A DNA stretch of 64,000 nucleotides from an uncultured Alphaproteobacteria bacterium (GTDB lineage: Bacteria > Pseudomonadota > Alphaproteobacteria > HIMB59 > GCA-002718135). Position 1 is the stretch's first letter, and each line of letters begins with the position of its first letter. Under the pieces are notes generated by a model, which was not told where the DNA came from, did not search any database, and saw only the letters and a list, made by a program, of their open reading frames with translations. Below are positions 44,787-55,693 of the stretch, piece by piece. The stretch spans positions 115,761 through 179,760 of the forward strand of contig CACKRG010000002.1 in NCBI GenBank assembly GCA_902602515.1. Reading direction: 5' to 3'. The position numbers and the translations under genes were made by a program.

Positions 44787-46100
44787 TTACAATATAAACT
44801 TTGATAAGTCCTGACTTTTAATAAGTTCTCCTAAGTTATTTTCTACGTATTCTCTATTAATTACTATTTTTGTTGGTCCAATATCTGATGCGGTGTAACT
44901 AATTTCCTCTAATAATTTTTCCATTACAGTATGCAATCTTCTGGCTCCAATATTTTCAACATTTTGATTAATCTCTGTAGATAATGTTGCAATTGTTTCA
45001 ATACCACTATCTTCGAATTCTAGATCAACCTTTTCTGTACCAAGCAAACCTTTATACTGTTTAATTAAGCTGTTTTGGGTCTCGGTGAGAATTAGTCTAA
45101 AATCTTCTTTACTAAGACTATCTAACTCTACTCTAATTGGTAATCTTCCTTGTAGTTCTGGCAACATATCTGCTGGTTTTGATAAATGAAACGCTCCTGA
45201 TGCTATGAACAATATATAATCAGTTTTTACAACTCCATGCTTAGTTGTTACAGCAGTGCCTTCAATTAATGGGAGTAAATCTCTTTGCACACCCTCTCTT
45301 GAAACATCTGCTCCAGCTCTATCGCTTCTTGATGTAATTTTATCGATTTCATCAATAAACACTATTCCATTCTGTTCAACATCATCTAAAGCCCTGCTAT
45401 TAATTTTATCTTGATCTAATAATTTTTCAGTTTCCTCATTTAATAAATAAGAATGAGATTCTTTTATACTCATCTTTTTCATTTTCTTTTGTCCACCAAA
45501 ACTTTTTCCTAAAACATCTCCTAAATTTATCATACCCATCTGTGAACCAGGCATGCCAGGGATATCCATTGTTGGTAAATTAAAGTTTGCATTTGCAGAA
45601 ACTGGTATTTCAACTTCTTTATTATTTAGTTCCCCAGATCTAAGCTTGCTTCTGAAATTATCTCTAGTTGCAGGCGTGGAACTTTTAGACACCAATACAT
45701 CTAATATTCTTTCTTCTGCATTTTTTTCAGCCTTGGCTTTTACCTCTTTGCCCATTTCTATTTTTGTTTTTGTAATACTTATTTCAACTAGATCTCTGAT
45801 TATTTGTTCAACATCTCTTCCAACATAACCAACTTCTGTAAATTTAGTTGCTTCAACTTTTATAAATGGTGCATTTGCAAGTTTTGCTAACCTTCTTGAA
45901 ATTTCAGTCTTGCCACATCCTGTTGGCCCAACCATCAAAATATTTTTTGGAACAATTTCCTCTTTTAAAGATTCTTCTAACTGTTTTCTTCTCCATCTAT
46001 TTCTCAGTGCAACAGCTACCGCCTTTTTTGCTTTATTTTGACCAATGATAAATTTGTCTAATTCTGAAACTATCTCTCTTGGACTAAAGCTTGACTCCAT
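44787..46100 (-). CDS. hslU: ATP-dependent protease ATPase subunit HslU
   Basis: [10 protein letters not shown] Walker A and [10 protein letters not shown]. Confidence 0.96.
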   Translation of the reverse strand: MESSFSPREIVSELDKFIIGQNKAKKAVAVALRNRWRRKQLEESLKEEIVPKNILMVGPTGCGKTEISRRLAKLANAPFIKVEATKFTEVGYVGRDVEQIIRDLVEISITKTKIEMGKEVKAKAEKNAEERILDVLVSKSSTPATRDNFRSKLRSGELNNKEVEIPVSANANFNLPTMDIPGMPGSQMGMINLGDVLGKSFGGQKKMKKMSIKESHSYLLNEETEKLLDQDKINSRALDDVEQNGIVFIDEIDKITSRSDRAGADVSREGVQRDLLPLIEGTAVTTKHGVVKTDYILFIASGAFHLSKPADMLPELQGRLPIRVELDSLSKEDFRLILTETQNSLIKQYKGLLGTEKVDLEFEDSGIETIATLSTEINQNVENIGARRLHTVMEKLLEEISYTASDIGPTKIVINREYVENNLGELIKSQDLSKFIL

Positions 46101-46102
46101 TT

Positions 46103-46651
46103 TTATAACTCTATGGTTTCAGAGATTATATTATGATTAGTATAGATACATATATCTGCAGCAATGCTTAAAGATTCTAATGCTATTTCTTTTGCATTCA
46201 TGTTTGTATTTTTAATCAATGCTTTTGCAGCACTATTAGCATAAGGCCCCCCAGAACCAATAGCTAGAATACCATCATCAGATTCAATAACATCACCTGT
46301 TCCAGATAGTAACAAACTAACATCTTTGTCAGCAACTATCATCATTGCTTCTAATCTCCTTAAATATCTATCCGTTCTCCAATCTTTAGCGAGCTCAACG
46401 CACGCTCTTTTCAATTGATTTTTATACTGGTCCAATTTTCCTTCTAATCTTTCAAAAAGAGCGAAGGCATCAGCAGTTGACCCAGCAAATCCAGAAACAA
46501 CAGTCTCATCTACTCCAAGACGCCTTATCTTTTTTACGTTTGATTTCATAACTGTGTTTCCTAGGCTGGCTTGCCCATCTCCAGCAATTACGACCAAATT
46601 ATCTTTTCTAACACCAATAATTGTAGTTGATTTTATTTTATTTTTACTCAT
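46103..46651 (-). CDS. hslV: ATP-dependent protease subunit HslV
   Basis: N-terminal TTI(I)GV catalytic Thr context and GSGG motif. Confidence 0.95.
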   Translation of the reverse strand: MSKNKIKSTTIIGVRKDNLVVIAGDGQASLGNTVMKSNVKKIRRLGVDETVVSGFAGSTADAFALFERLEGKLDQYKNQLKRACVELAKDWRTDRYLRRLEAMMIVADKDVSLLLSGTGDVIESDDGILAIGSGGPYANSAAKALIKNTNMNAKEIALESLSIAADICIYTNHNIISETIEL

Positions 46652-46669
46652 TTTTCTTTCTTTTTTATA

Positions 46670-46700
46670 AAATGGCTATTTAATTATTTTTATCAAGTGA
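46670..46700 (-). promoter_or_regulatory. Sigma32-type heat-shock promoter candidate for hslVU
   Basis: The minus strand reads CTTGATA-N13-AGCCATTT, compared with the consensus CTTGAAA-N13-15-CCCCATNT. It lies about 20 nt upstream of the hslV ATG. Confidence 0.4.
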
Positions 46701-46741
46701 TTTACCTAGAATTAATTTAAATTCGCTGATATTAGGCAAAA

Positions 46742-47329
46742 ATGAGAAAAGGAATTGTAGAAAGAAATACCAAAGAGACAAAAATTTCTTGTTCATTAAA
46801 TCTAGACGGTGTTGGATCAGCAAAAATTTCTACCGGAATCGGTTTTTTTGATCACATGTTGGAACTTTTTGTACATCACAGTCTTATTGACATGGATCTT
46901 AAAACAGACGGCGATATAAATGTTGATTTGCATCACAGTGTTGAAGATACAGCCTATGCAATTGCTCTTGCAACAACAAAAGCACTTGGAGAAAAAAAGG
47001 GTATCAACAGGTATGGTTTTTTTTATATTCCTATGGATGAGTGTCTTTCTCGCTGTGTAATTGACTTTAGTGGAAGACCTGAGCTTGTTTGGAAAGTAAA
47101 CCTAGGTTTAGATAAAATTGGAGAAATGGATACTGAGCTTTTTCTTGAATTTTTTAAAGCATTTACCAATGAAGCAAAGTGTAACCTTCACATTGAAAAT
47201 ATTTATGGAAGCAACAATCACCATATTATAGAGTCATGCTTTAAAGCCTTTGCTAAAAGCTATAGAATAGCAACTGAAATTGATCGAAGAAGAAACAATC
47301 AAATCCCATCATCTAAAGGCCTGTTGTAA
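46742..47329 (+). CDS. hisB: Imidazoleglycerol-phosphate dehydratase
   Basis: RNTKET.I...L.LDG, GFFDHML and HH..E motifs. Confidence 0.92.
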   Translation: MRKGIVERNTKETKISCSLNLDGVGSAKISTGIGFFDHMLELFVHHSLIDMDLKTDGDINVDLHHSVEDTAYAIALATTKALGEKKGINRYGFFYIPMDECLSRCVIDFSGRPELVWKVNLGLDKIGEMDTELFLEFFKAFTNEAKCNLHIENIYGSNNHHIIESCFKAFAKSYRIATEIDRRRNNQIPSSKGLL

Positions 47330-47334
47330 GTTTA

Positions 47335-47955
47335 ATGAAGCAAATTACCATAGTTGATTATGGTTCTGGAAATGTTTTGTCTGCACAAAAGTCTTTTGTT
47401 AAAGTAACAAAAGAAAACAATACTGAAGCCAGAGTAATAATATCAAAAAAACTGATTGATATCAAAAATTCAACTCATATAGTTTTGCCAGGTCAAGGAG
47501 CTTTTTCAACGTGTATGTCTGGATTAAAAAAAACACCAGGCTTGATTGATGAACTTCAAGAGTTCGCGTTAGTTAAAAAAAAACCCTTTTTAGGAATCTG
47601 CGTGGGAATGCAAATGTTAGCAAATGATAGTGAGGAAAACGGATTTCACAAAGGTTTAGGTTGGATTGATGGACATATCAAAGCTCTTCCAGCGAAAAAT
47701 CTTAAATTACCTCATATGGGTTGGAATCTTGTTAATCCTAAAAATAAAAATAAATTGATTAACTCTTCTGAGAATTATTATTTTGTCCATTCTTATTATT
47801 TTGCTTGTAAAAACAAAGAAAATATTTTGGCAGAAAGCCAGTATGGAATAAATTTTACTTCAATTGTTGTAAAAGAAAATATATATGGCGTTCAGTTTCA
47901 TCCTGAAAAAAGTTCCTCCTCAGGATTAAGCTTAATAAAAAATTTTGTGAGCTAA
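47335..47955 (+). CDS. hisH: Imidazole glycerol phosphate synthase, glutaminase subunit
   Basis: GICVGMQ nucleophile elbow and FHPEKS. Confidence 0.92.
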   Translation: MKQITIVDYGSGNVLSAQKSFVKVTKENNTEARVIISKKLIDIKNSTHIVLPGQGAFSTCMSGLKKTPGLIDELQEFALVKKKPFLGICVGMQMLANDSEENGFHKGLGWIDGHIKALPAKNLKLPHMGWNLVNPKNKNKLINSSENYYFVHSYYFACKNKENILAESQYGINFTSIVVKENIYGVQFHPEKSSSSGLSLIKNFVS

Positions 47956-47960
47956 AAAAT

Positions 47961-48497
47961 ATGTCAACACTACCTAAAGAAAAAATTAACATATCTGTTG
48001 ATGTAATAGAAAATTTATCTGAAGTTGATCTTGCTGATCTTTGTAATATCACAGAGCAAGCAATTGGTGCGGGTGGAGGTTTTGGTTGGATAAGAGTACC
48101 AACAAGAGAGATTTTAAATCAATATTGGAATCAAATAACTAATGATAATTTAAACAATCTTATTGTCGGTAGATTAAATGGGGTTATAGCTGGAACTTTA
48201 CAACTATCTTACGAAGCACCAAACATAGAGTCTAGAAAAAATATTGCACAAATTAAAAGACATTTCGTTGCTCCATGGGCAAGAGGCTATGGTTTAGCTA
48301 AATCCATGATAGATTTTTCAGAGCAAAAAGCAAAAGAAGAGCATATTAAATCAATTCAACTATCGGTTAGAGAAACTCAAGATGCAGCTATTCAGCTATT
48401 TTCTAATAAAGACTATAGGGTTTGGGGAGAAAACCCTTTTTATGCTTTTATAAATGGCAGTTATATTAAAGGAATATACTTCTACAAAAATTTATAG
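47961..48497 (+). CDS. GNAT-family N-acetyltransferase inserted in the his operon
   Basis: Motif A-like VAPWARGYGLAKSM. Confidence 0.6.
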   Translation: MSTLPKEKINISVDVIENLSEVDLADLCNITEQAIGAGGGFGWIRVPTREILNQYWNQITNDNLNNLIVGRLNGVIAGTLQLSYEAPNIESRKNIAQIKRHFVAPWARGYGLAKSMIDFSEQKAKEEHIKSIQLSVRETQDAAIQLFSNKDYRVWGENPFYAFINGSYIKGIYFYKNL

Positions 48498-49246
48498 TGC
48501 AAATAATACCTGCAATTGATCTGAAAGATAATAAGTGTGTTAGACTTTCTGAAGGTGTTGATGACTCAAGCACAGTTTTTAACAATGATCCAGAAAAGCA
48601 AGCAATTTTTTTTGAAAATGCTGGATGTAAAAAACTACATGTCGTAGATTTGGATGCAGCATTCGGAAGGCCTGATATAAATATAAATTCAATTAAAAAA
48701 ATTAGAAATTCAGTTAATATTCCAATTCAACTTGGTGGTGGAATAAGAACGAACTTAGATGCAGATAGATATTTTAATTTAGGTATTAATAATTTAATTA
48801 TTGGATCAATGTCGGTTAATAATCCTGAATCACTTAAAAGGCTAGCGGACAAATATGAAAACAAAATCTATGTTTCATTGGACATTAAAGAAAATATTGT
48901 GATGATAAATGGCTGGAAAGAGAAATCAAAACTTACACTTGAGGATATATTAACCATGTACAATAAATCTAAAATCAGAGGATATGTAATCACTGATATC
49001 AAGAATGATGGAATGCTAAAAGGCTTGAATATAAATTTTATTAAAGAAATAATTAATAAAATTCGGACAATGAATGAAGAAAACAAAAAACTAATTCTAG
49101 CTGGCGGTTTAACAGATTACAACGATTTAAACGAATTAAAGAAATTGAATTCTGAATCTATAGAAGGCATTATTTCGGGAAAATCATTTTATGTTGGAAA
49201 TATAGATTTAGAAAAAGCTCAAAATATATTAAATAGTAATGCTTAA
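48497..49246 (+). CDS. hisA: ProFAR isomerase
   Basis: GTG start. IIPAIDL, LHVVDLD and GGGIR motifs. Confidence 0.9.
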   Translation: MQIIPAIDLKDNKCVRLSEGVDDSSTVFNNDPEKQAIFFENAGCKKLHVVDLDAAFGRPDININSIKKIRNSVNIPIQLGGGIRTNLDADRYFNLGINNLIIGSMSVNNPESLKRLADKYENKIYVSLDIKENIVMINGWKEKSKLTLEDILTMYNKSKIRGYVITDIKNDGMLKGLNINFIKEIINKIRTMNEENKKLILAGGLTDYNDLNELKKLNSESIEGIISGKSFYVGNIDLEKAQNILNSNA

Positions 49247-49994
49247 TATTAGAATAATACCATGCCTAGATGTAAAAAATGGTAGGGTTGTTAAGGGGAT
49301 TAATTTTATTGATCTTGTTGATGCTGGTGATCCAGTAGAACAAGCTAAACATTATTCTGAAAATGGGGCTGATGAAATTTGTTTTTTAGATATAAGTGCG
49401 TCTTTAGAAGAACGAAACACAATGATTAATGTTGTTGAAAAAACAGCTAATGAAGTATTTATTCCTTTGACAGTAGGCGGTGGAATTTCATCAATAAACA
49501 ATATACAATCATTACTTAAAGCAGGCGCTGATAAAGTTTCAATAAACTCTGCTGCTTTACATGATCCAAATATAATTAAAAAATCTTCAGAATACTTTGG
49601 CAATCAATGCATAGTTGTTGCTGTTGATGCTAAAAAAAATCTTAATGATTGGTATGTGTATTCACACGGAGGAACAAAAAACACCGGACTATATGCATTA
49701 GATTGGATTGAAAAAGTTGAAAAATTAGGAGCTGGAGAGATTTTATTAACTTCAATGGACAGGGATGGCACTAAGTCTGGTTTTGATATAGAATTATTAA
49801 AAAAGGTTTCAGAATTTGTACAAATACCAGTAATAGCTAGTGGTGGAGTTGGTAAATTAGAACATTTTTATGAGGGAGTAAAGGATGGTAAAGCGAATGC
49901 TTTGTTAGCAGCCTCGGTCTTTCATTTTAACGAAATCAGTATTAAAGAGGTGAAAGATTATTTATTATCAAAAAAAATTAAAATAAGAAAATAA
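49239..49994 (+). CDS. hisF: Imidazole glycerol phosphate synthase, cyclase subunit
   Basis: [24 protein letters not shown] and [15 protein letters not shown] motifs. Confidence 0.95.
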   Translation: MLNIRIIPCLDVKNGRVVKGINFIDLVDAGDPVEQAKHYSENGADEICFLDISASLEERNTMINVVEKTANEVFIPLTVGGGISSINNIQSLLKAGADKVSINSAALHDPNIIKKSSEYFGNQCIVVAVDAKKNLNDWYVYSHGGTKNTGLYALDWIEKVEKLGAGEILLTSMDRDGTKSGFDIELLKKVSEFVQIPVIASGGVGKLEHFYEGVKDGKANALLAASVFHFNEISIKEVKDYLLSKKIKIRK

Positions 49995-49995
49995 A

Positions 49996-50268
49996 ATGAA
50001 TATTGAAGAATTATATAATATCATAAATACTCGTATAAAAAATAAAAACAAAAATTCTTATACAAATAACCTATTAAAGCTTGGTCCAAAAAAAATTGCT
50101 CAAAAGTTTAGTGAAGAGTCCAACGAATTGGTAATTGACTATTTAGTTGGTTCAAAAAAAAGAACAATAGAAGAGGCAGCTGATGTAATCTATCACTTAT
50201 TAGTTTTACTAAGATCAAAAAAAATATCTTTAGAAGAAATAAATAAGGAGCTTTCTAAAAGAAAATAG
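49996..50268 (+). CDS. hisE: Phosphoribosyl-ATP pyrophosphatase
   Basis: SYT..L...G...I..K..EE..E...A and EAADV.YHL pattern. Position after hisF. Confidence 0.8.
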   Translation: MNIEELYNIINTRIKNKNKNSYTNNLLKLGPKKIAQKFSEESNELVIDYLVGSKKRTIEEAADVIYHLLVLLRSKKISLEEINKELSKRK

Positions 50269-50269
50269 T

Positions 50270-50620
50270 ATGTATGATAAAAACAACATCTTTGCAAAAA
50301 TATTAAGGAAAGAAATTCCATGTAATAAAATTTATGAGAACGAGGCTTCTTTATTTTTTTATGATATCAATCCTCAAGCCAAAATACATGTACTTGGTAT
50401 TCCAAAAATTGAATGTTCAGATTTTTATGATTTTGTAAGACTCGCAGATAAAAAAACCTTATCATCATTTTTCGAAAGTGTTAGCTTAGTTATTAAAAAA
50501 TTAAATATTGAAAAAAACGGATATAGAATTATTTCAAATTCAGGATCACATGGAGGACAAGAAGTGCCACACTTTCATATTCATATTCTCGCTGGTGAAA
50601 AAATTGGATCCTTAAGGTAA
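50270..50620 (+). CDS. HIT-family nucleotide hydrolase
   Basis: Histidine triad HFHIHIL. Confidence 0.88.
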   Translation: MYDKNNIFAKILRKEIPCNKIYENEASLFFYDINPQAKIHVLGIPKIECSDFYDFVRLADKKTLSSFFESVSLVIKKLNIEKNGYRIISNSGSHGGQEVPHFHIHILAGEKIGSLR

Positions 50621-51223
50621 TTATTCCTTAACTACAACATAGTTTACTATTTCTTTAACCCCCTTAATTACCTTAAGAGCTTCAATGACACTATCTAATT
50701 GCTCAGGTCTTGAAGTGATTCCAGCTATATAAATTTTACCGTTTATTGTTTCAAAATTATAAGCTATGGCTCTAAAACCGATAGTTTTTGTTGCTATGGC
50801 CCTAGCTTGAGTAGTGATCCACACATCATTGGCGTAGTCTTTAATACTATCTCTATTACCTATTTCTATTTCATTAATTACTTCTTTGATTCCTTCTACC
50901 TCCCATACAAGTCTAACTGCTTCAATTCTAATTTCTTGATTTTCAACAAGCCCAGTTAATAAAACTCTTCCGTCTAATACTGTTGTATTAATATTTACAA
51001 ATAAATTATTACCAGCACTTAAGAATTTAGCTGCTAAATTTACTTTAATTGTAGCATCGTCAACAACTGTTCCAAGAGACTTATCCCCTTCAGCTACTAC
51101 CATGGCAGTTCCACCACCAGAAGCTAGGATGCCGGCGGGAGAGCAGCTGTAAATTGTAAACATAACTGGTATAAACAGTAAAAGAAGAAAATATTTCAAT
51201 GTTTTTTTTGTTTTAAAACCCAT
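50621..51223 (-). CDS. BON-domain lipoprotein (DolP/OsmY-like)
   Basis: Lipobox IYSC and two BON-like repeats (V..G.V.L.G.V). Neighbours rsmI and an lpoA-like gene, as in the E. coli yraL-yraM...yraP locus. Confidence 0.65.
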   Translation of the reverse strand: MGFKTKKTLKYFLLLLFIPVMFTIYSCSPAGILASGGGTAMVVAEGDKSLGTVVDDATIKVNLAAKFLSAGNNLFVNINTTVLDGRVLLTGLVENQEIRIEAVRLVWEVEGIKEVINEIEIGNRDSIKDYANDVWITTQARAIATKTIGFRAIAYNFETINGKIYIAGITSRPEQLDSVIEALKVIKGVKEIVNYVVVKE

Positions 51224-52116
51224 TTGTAAACTTTATTTTTTGTTATTCCTGTTAATTTATGTACTATTTCAACGACGTCGGTCAAAGAAAATTTTAAAAG
51301 TAACTTAATTATTTCATTGTTATATTTTTCAAGATCAATAGTCCTTATTTTTGTCGACTTATCTGCCTCAACAACAACAACAAACTCACCTTTAAGATTC
51401 TCGAGTTTCTTTTGAATTTTTATTAGCAATTCATGACTAAAGCCTCTGTATGTATTTTCATTAATCTTTGTAAGTTCTTTTGATATACTTATTTTTCTTA
51501 GGCTGAGCTCTGTCTCCATTAAAATTAAACAATCTTTTAATTTATGGCTTGATACAAAAAAAACTGAAGTTTTATTTAGATTTTTAATCTTATCAATAAA
51601 ACTCAAACCACCCTTTTTATTTTTAGGGAAAAAGCCAGCAAAATAAAATTCATTCAAAGCCATCCCTGATAATTGAAGGGCAGGAATTATAGAGCAGGCC
51701 CCAGGTATTGATGAAATATTTATATTATTTTCAATGCAATATTGTACTAGTTTAAACCCTGGATCTGAAATTAGTGGCGAACCTGCGTCACTTATTAGTG
51801 CAATTTTTTTATTTAATAGTTGATTAGACATTCTATTTATAACATTACTCTCATTATAATCGTGTAAAGGAATTAATTTCTTTTTAATGCCTAATTTGTT
51901 TAGTAGTTTAAGTGAATGTTTTGGATTTTCGCATATTACATAATCGCTATTTTTGATTGTTTCAATCGCTCTATTAGAAATGTCATCTAAATTTCCTATC
52001 GGCGTAGCAACAATAAAGATACCGCTATCAGTTTTATCCATACTCACCCTTTTTATAGTCATTAGTTCGTGTACTCCAGTACATTTATCAAAACAAGAAA
52101 AACAGCTAATTAACAA
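51196..52116 (-). CDS. rsmI: 16S rRNA 2'-O-methyltransferase RsmI
   Basis: IFIVATPIGNLDDIS.RA and EDTR-like region (CENPKHS). The probable true start is the Met at 52041. Confidence 0.85.
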   Translation of the reverse strand: MLISCFSCFDKCTGVHELMTIKRVSMDKTDSGIFIVATPIGNLDDISNRAIETIKNSDYVICENPKHSLKLLNKLGIKKKLIPLHDYNESNVINRMSNQLLNKKIALISDAGSPLISDPGFKLVQYCIENNINISSIPGACSIIPALQLSGMALNEFYFAGFFPKNKKGGLSFIDKIKNLNKTSVFFVSSHKLKDCLILMETELSLRKISISKELTKINENTYRGFSHELLIKIQKKLENLKGEFVVVVEADKSTKIRTIDLEKYNNEIIKLLLKFSLTDVVEIVHKLTGITKNKVYKWVLKQKKH

Positions 52117-53311
52117 GGATATTAAAATAAAAGAAAATGTAAGTTCTATAAATAAAAATAGTACTTATAAAAAAAATAAAAAAATTTTAGAAAAAAAGAT
52201 TGAAAAAAATAATTATGAGATGCCATTAATTAAAGAAATAACCCTTCTTTTACATACTAAAAATAAAGAAAATATAAGTAATCAATTTATTAATATTTTA
52301 GAGTTGGCAATTTATAATAAAAATTTGGAAAATATTTTTTTTGAAATTAAGTATTTTGATACTGAAAATGAATTAAAAAAAATAATTACTTCTAGCAAAG
52401 AAAAAGGCAAAATATTTATCGGCCCAATTGAAACGGGATTTACTGGTGTAGCAAAAGAATTTTGTAACAACCAAATTATATTTTTTTCATTTTCTTCAGA
52501 TACAACTTTGGCAGGAGAATGTATTTTTTTATTAAACTTTTTCCCAAAAAATGAATTAGAGCAACTGCTCAATGCATTACCCGCAGAATCAAGGATCGCA
52601 GTTTTATATCCTGAGAATAGTTATGGATATATGGTTAATGCCCTAATCGACGATGCTGTAAATCAAAGTGACTCTGTATTAGTAAATAGAGCTTCTTATA
52701 AAAATGACCTGTCTAACGTAAGGGATTCGATTAAAGAATTAGGAAAGTATGAGTTGAGAAAATATGAGTTAAACAGACAGAAACAACTACTGTTAATAAA
52801 AGATGATGATCAATCCCGTAAAAGATTAAAAAAATTAGAAAAATTTAAAACAACAAGTGATTATGATTTTACTCATATACTGATTGCTGACTATGGATTA
52901 AACCTGCTTCAGGTTGCTCCATTACTTCCATATTATGATATAGATCCAAACGTAGTACAGTTTATTGCTACTGGAGTAATTGATGATGAGGTTTTTTTTC
53001 TTGAACCCTCATTACAAGGAGCAATTTTTCCAGGTATTGAAAAGCTCCAACGAATAGATTTGTTAAATCAGTATAGAGATATATACGAAGAAAAACTTTT
53101 AAGAATTTCAACACTTCCTTATGATTTAGTTGGGCTATTAAATTACATTTATTCAGAACAACTAAATTACAATCAGTTACTAAATCTTTTAAATAACTCA
53201 ACTTTAAAATTTGATGGTGTTGATGGTGAGTTCTATTTTAAGAACAATATAATTGAGAGAAAATTAGATATTTTAAAAATATCAAATGGTAGTGCTAAAA
53301 AAATTAATTAG
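51953..53311 (+). CDS. LpoA-like penicillin-binding-protein activator lipoprotein (periplasmic-binding-protein fold), probable
   Basis: Lipobox VISSC. Divergent from rsmI, as in the conserved rsmI/lpoA arrangement. The only in-frame canonical starts are 51953 and 51980. Confidence 0.5.
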   Translation: MIVSIALLEMSSKFPIGVATIKIPLSVLSILTLFIVISSCTPVHLSKQEKQLINKDIKIKENVSSINKNSTYKKNKKILEKKIEKNNYEMPLIKEITLLLHTKNKENISNQFINILELAIYNKNLENIFFEIKYFDTENELKKIITSSKEKGKIFIGPIETGFTGVAKEFCNNQIIFFSFSSDTTLAGECIFLLNFFPKNELEQLLNALPAESRIAVLYPENSYGYMVNALIDDAVNQSDSVLVNRASYKNDLSNVRDSIKELGKYELRKYELNRQKQLLLIKDDDQSRKRLKKLEKFKTTSDYDFTHILIADYGLNLLQVAPLLPYYDIDPNVVQFIATGVIDDEVFFLEPSLQGAIFPGIEKLQRIDLLNQYRDIYEEKLLRISTLPYDLVGLLNYIYSEQLNYNQLLNLLNNSTLKFDGVDGEFYFKNNIIERKLDILKISNGSAKKIN

Positions 53312-53924
53312 TTAAAAAATCAATTAATTTATTAATTGCAATTGCTCTGTGGCTAACTTTATTTTTTTCGGACAATGTCATTTCAGCAAAAGTTTTCATA
53401 AAACCAACTGGTTTAAAAATTGGATCATATCCAAACCCATTATCTTTTGATGGTATATTTGTGATATTACCTTTAACCATGCCCTCAAAAATTATATTGT
53501 GTTTATTATCAGTAGTTAAACATATTGAAGTTTTAAAATAAGCTCCGCTTCGATTTGTTTTCTTTGTTTTATTTATAATATATTTAAAACAATCTTCCCT
53601 ATTACTAAAACTCTCTATAAATCTTTTTGAGTAAACACCTGGCTTAAGATTCAAAGCATCAATACATATTCCTGAGTCATCAGCGAAACAAGGTAAATCA
53701 GTAATATTATTTCCAAACTCTGATTTTATTTTTGCATTTTCAATAAAATTTGTTCCACTTTCAAATGGTTCTTTTTTTACTGATAATTCTCTCAAAGATA
53801 CAATATCTATAGAGTGTTTTTTAAATAAATTTTTAATTTCTTTTATTTTGTAGAAATTGTTAGAAAAAAATAATATTTTTTTATTCTGATGAAAGTGTTT
53901 CTTTTTGTTTTTCAATAATCTCAC
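53304..53924 (-). CDS. rdgB: Non-canonical purine NTP pyrophosphatase (RdgB/HAM1)
   Basis: FADDSG, FGYDPIF and SHR motifs. rph-rdgB synteny. Confidence 0.88.
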   Translation of the reverse strand: MRLLKNKKKHFHQNKKILFFSNNFYKIKEIKNLFKKHSIDIVSLRELSVKKEPFESGTNFIENAKIKSEFGNNITDLPCFADDSGICIDALNLKPGVYSKRFIESFSNREDCFKYIINKTKKTNRSGAYFKTSICLTTDNKHNIIFEGMVKGNITNIPSKDNGFGYDPIFKPVGFMKTFAEMTLSEKNKVSHRAIAINKLIDFLTN

Positions 53925-54597
53925 CTATTCCCTTTTTTGCTAAATCTAACATTTCATTAAGTTGACTATCTTCAAATAAAAATTCTTCACCAGTAACCTG
54001 AATCTCAGAAATTTGATTTTTATCTGTCATTACAAAATTTGCATCCACTTCTGCAGCTGAATCCTCATTATAATCAAGGTCTAGCAGTGGTTTATTATCA
54101 ACTATTCCTGTTGAAACTGCAGCTATAAAATTTTTTATTATCGGCTTTTGTATATTATAATTCTGTCTTAATTTTTTAATTGCTATGTAAAGTGATACAA
54201 AAGCACCGCTTATTGAGGCAGTTCTAGTTCCTCCATCTGCTTGAATAACGTCACAGTCTATTTTTATCTGTTTTTCAGCAAGATCAGATAAATTAGTAAC
54301 TGATCTTAGACTTCTACCAATCAATCTTTGAATTTCTTGTGTTCTGCCAGATTGTTTTCCCTTTGCAGCCTCGCGATCCATCCTTGTGTTGGTAGATCTA
54401 GGTAGCATACCATATTCAGCTGTTATCCAACCCCTCCCTGTATTTTTAAGCCAATGAGGCACCTTTTCATCTATTGTAGCTAAGCATAAAACATGTGTAT
54501 TGCCAAACTTAACCAAACAAGATCCATCAGCATGAATATTTACATTTTTTTCAAATGAAATTTCTCTCATTTCATTGAACGATCTATCTTTTCGCAT
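53881..54597 (-). CDS. rph: Ribonuclease PH
   Basis: ADGS, GW.TAEY.MLP..T and DCDV.QADGGTRTA motifs. Confidence 0.95.
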   Translation of the reverse strand: MRKDRSFNEMREISFEKNVNIHADGSCLVKFGNTHVLCLATIDEKVPHWLKNTGRGWITAEYGMLPRSTNTRMDREAAKGKQSGRTQEIQRLIGRSLRSVTNLSDLAEKQIKIDCDVIQADGGTRTASISGAFVSLYIAIKKLRQNYNIQKPIIKNFIAAVSTGIVDNKPLLDLDYNEDSAAEVDANFVMTDKNQISEIQVTGEEFLFEDSQLNEMLDLAKKGIGEIIEKQKETLSSE

Positions 54598-54646
54598 ATA
54601 AATTCAATAATAGTAGATAAAAATATAATTTAAACAATTAATTCTA

Positions 54647-55693
54647 ATGGTAGATAATTTATATGCTGAGTTAAATGATAGATCTAAACTAATATTTAAA
54701 AAATTAGTTGAGTCCTATCTTAAAACTGGTTCACCTGCCGGATCTGAAACAATTATGAAAATGGGTGGATTTAATCTTTCATCTGCTTCAATTAGATCTA
54801 TTTTATCAGATTTACAAAAAGAAGGTCTGCTTTTCGCACCACATAGATCAGCAGGCAGAATGCCTACGGAAAAGGGGATGAGATTTTTTGTTGATGGTTT
54901 ATTAGAATTTGGAAGAATATCTAAATCAGACAAAGAAAATATTAAGCAACAATGCTCAACTAAAGGTAAATCTTACGAAGAAGTTTTAGATGAAGCCTCA
55001 AGAGCTATTTCTGGATTATCAAACTATGCAGGTATCGTAATTGCTCCAAAATTTCAAAAAAATCTAAAACATTTAGAGTTCATAAGGCTTAATAAAACAC
55101 AATTAATGTTGATTCTTGCGTATGAGAATGGAGAAGTAGAAAATCGTATTATTGAAGATAATGGAAAGTATAACAATTCATTATTAGTACAGGCATCTAA
55201 TTATCTTACTTCAAAGTTTACTAACAAAAATATTTCTCAAATAAAAAAATTACTTCAAACAGATATAAAAAAATCACAAAATCAATTAGAAATGATTTCT
55301 TCTAACCTTGTAAATAAAGGAATAATTGAAAATCCTCCAAACATAAAAAATCCATATATTTTTTTGCACGGTCAATCAAATCTACTTAACGATGAAATTA
55401 TTTCAAAAGATCTTGATCATATACGTAACCTATTTGATGATATAGAAAGGAAATCAAGTTTTGTTGATATTCTTGAAAATGCAGGAAAAGCCAAGGGGGT
55501 CCAAATATTCATTGGTTCAAAAAATTTTTTATTTAAACACTCTGGTCTTTCTATGGTAATGGCCCCATATAAAAACAATGATCAAGAAATTATAGGTGCT
55601 ATAGGCGTAGTAGGCCCAACAAGGTTGAACTACTCAAAAATAGTACCACTTGTTGATTATACATCTAAAATTATTGGAAAGGTAATTGATTAA
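54647..55693 (+). CDS. hrcA: Heat-inducible transcription repressor HrcA
   Basis: N-terminal winged helix (IRSILSDLQKEGLL..PH.SAGR.PT) and C-terminal GVVGPTR..Y. Confidence 0.9.
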   Translation: MVDNLYAELNDRSKLIFKKLVESYLKTGSPAGSETIMKMGGFNLSSASIRSILSDLQKEGLLFAPHRSAGRMPTEKGMRFFVDGLLEFGRISKSDKENIKQQCSTKGKSYEEVLDEASRAISGLSNYAGIVIAPKFQKNLKHLEFIRLNKTQLMLILAYENGEVENRIIEDNGKYNNSLLVQASNYLTSKFTNKNISQIKKLLQTDIKKSQNQLEMISSNLVNKGIIENPPNIKNPYIFLHGQSNLLNDEIISKDLDHIRNLFDDIERKSSFVDILENAGKAKGVQIFIGSKNFLFKHSGLSMVMAPYKNNDQEIIGAIGVVGPTRLNYSKIVPLVDYTSKIIGKVID

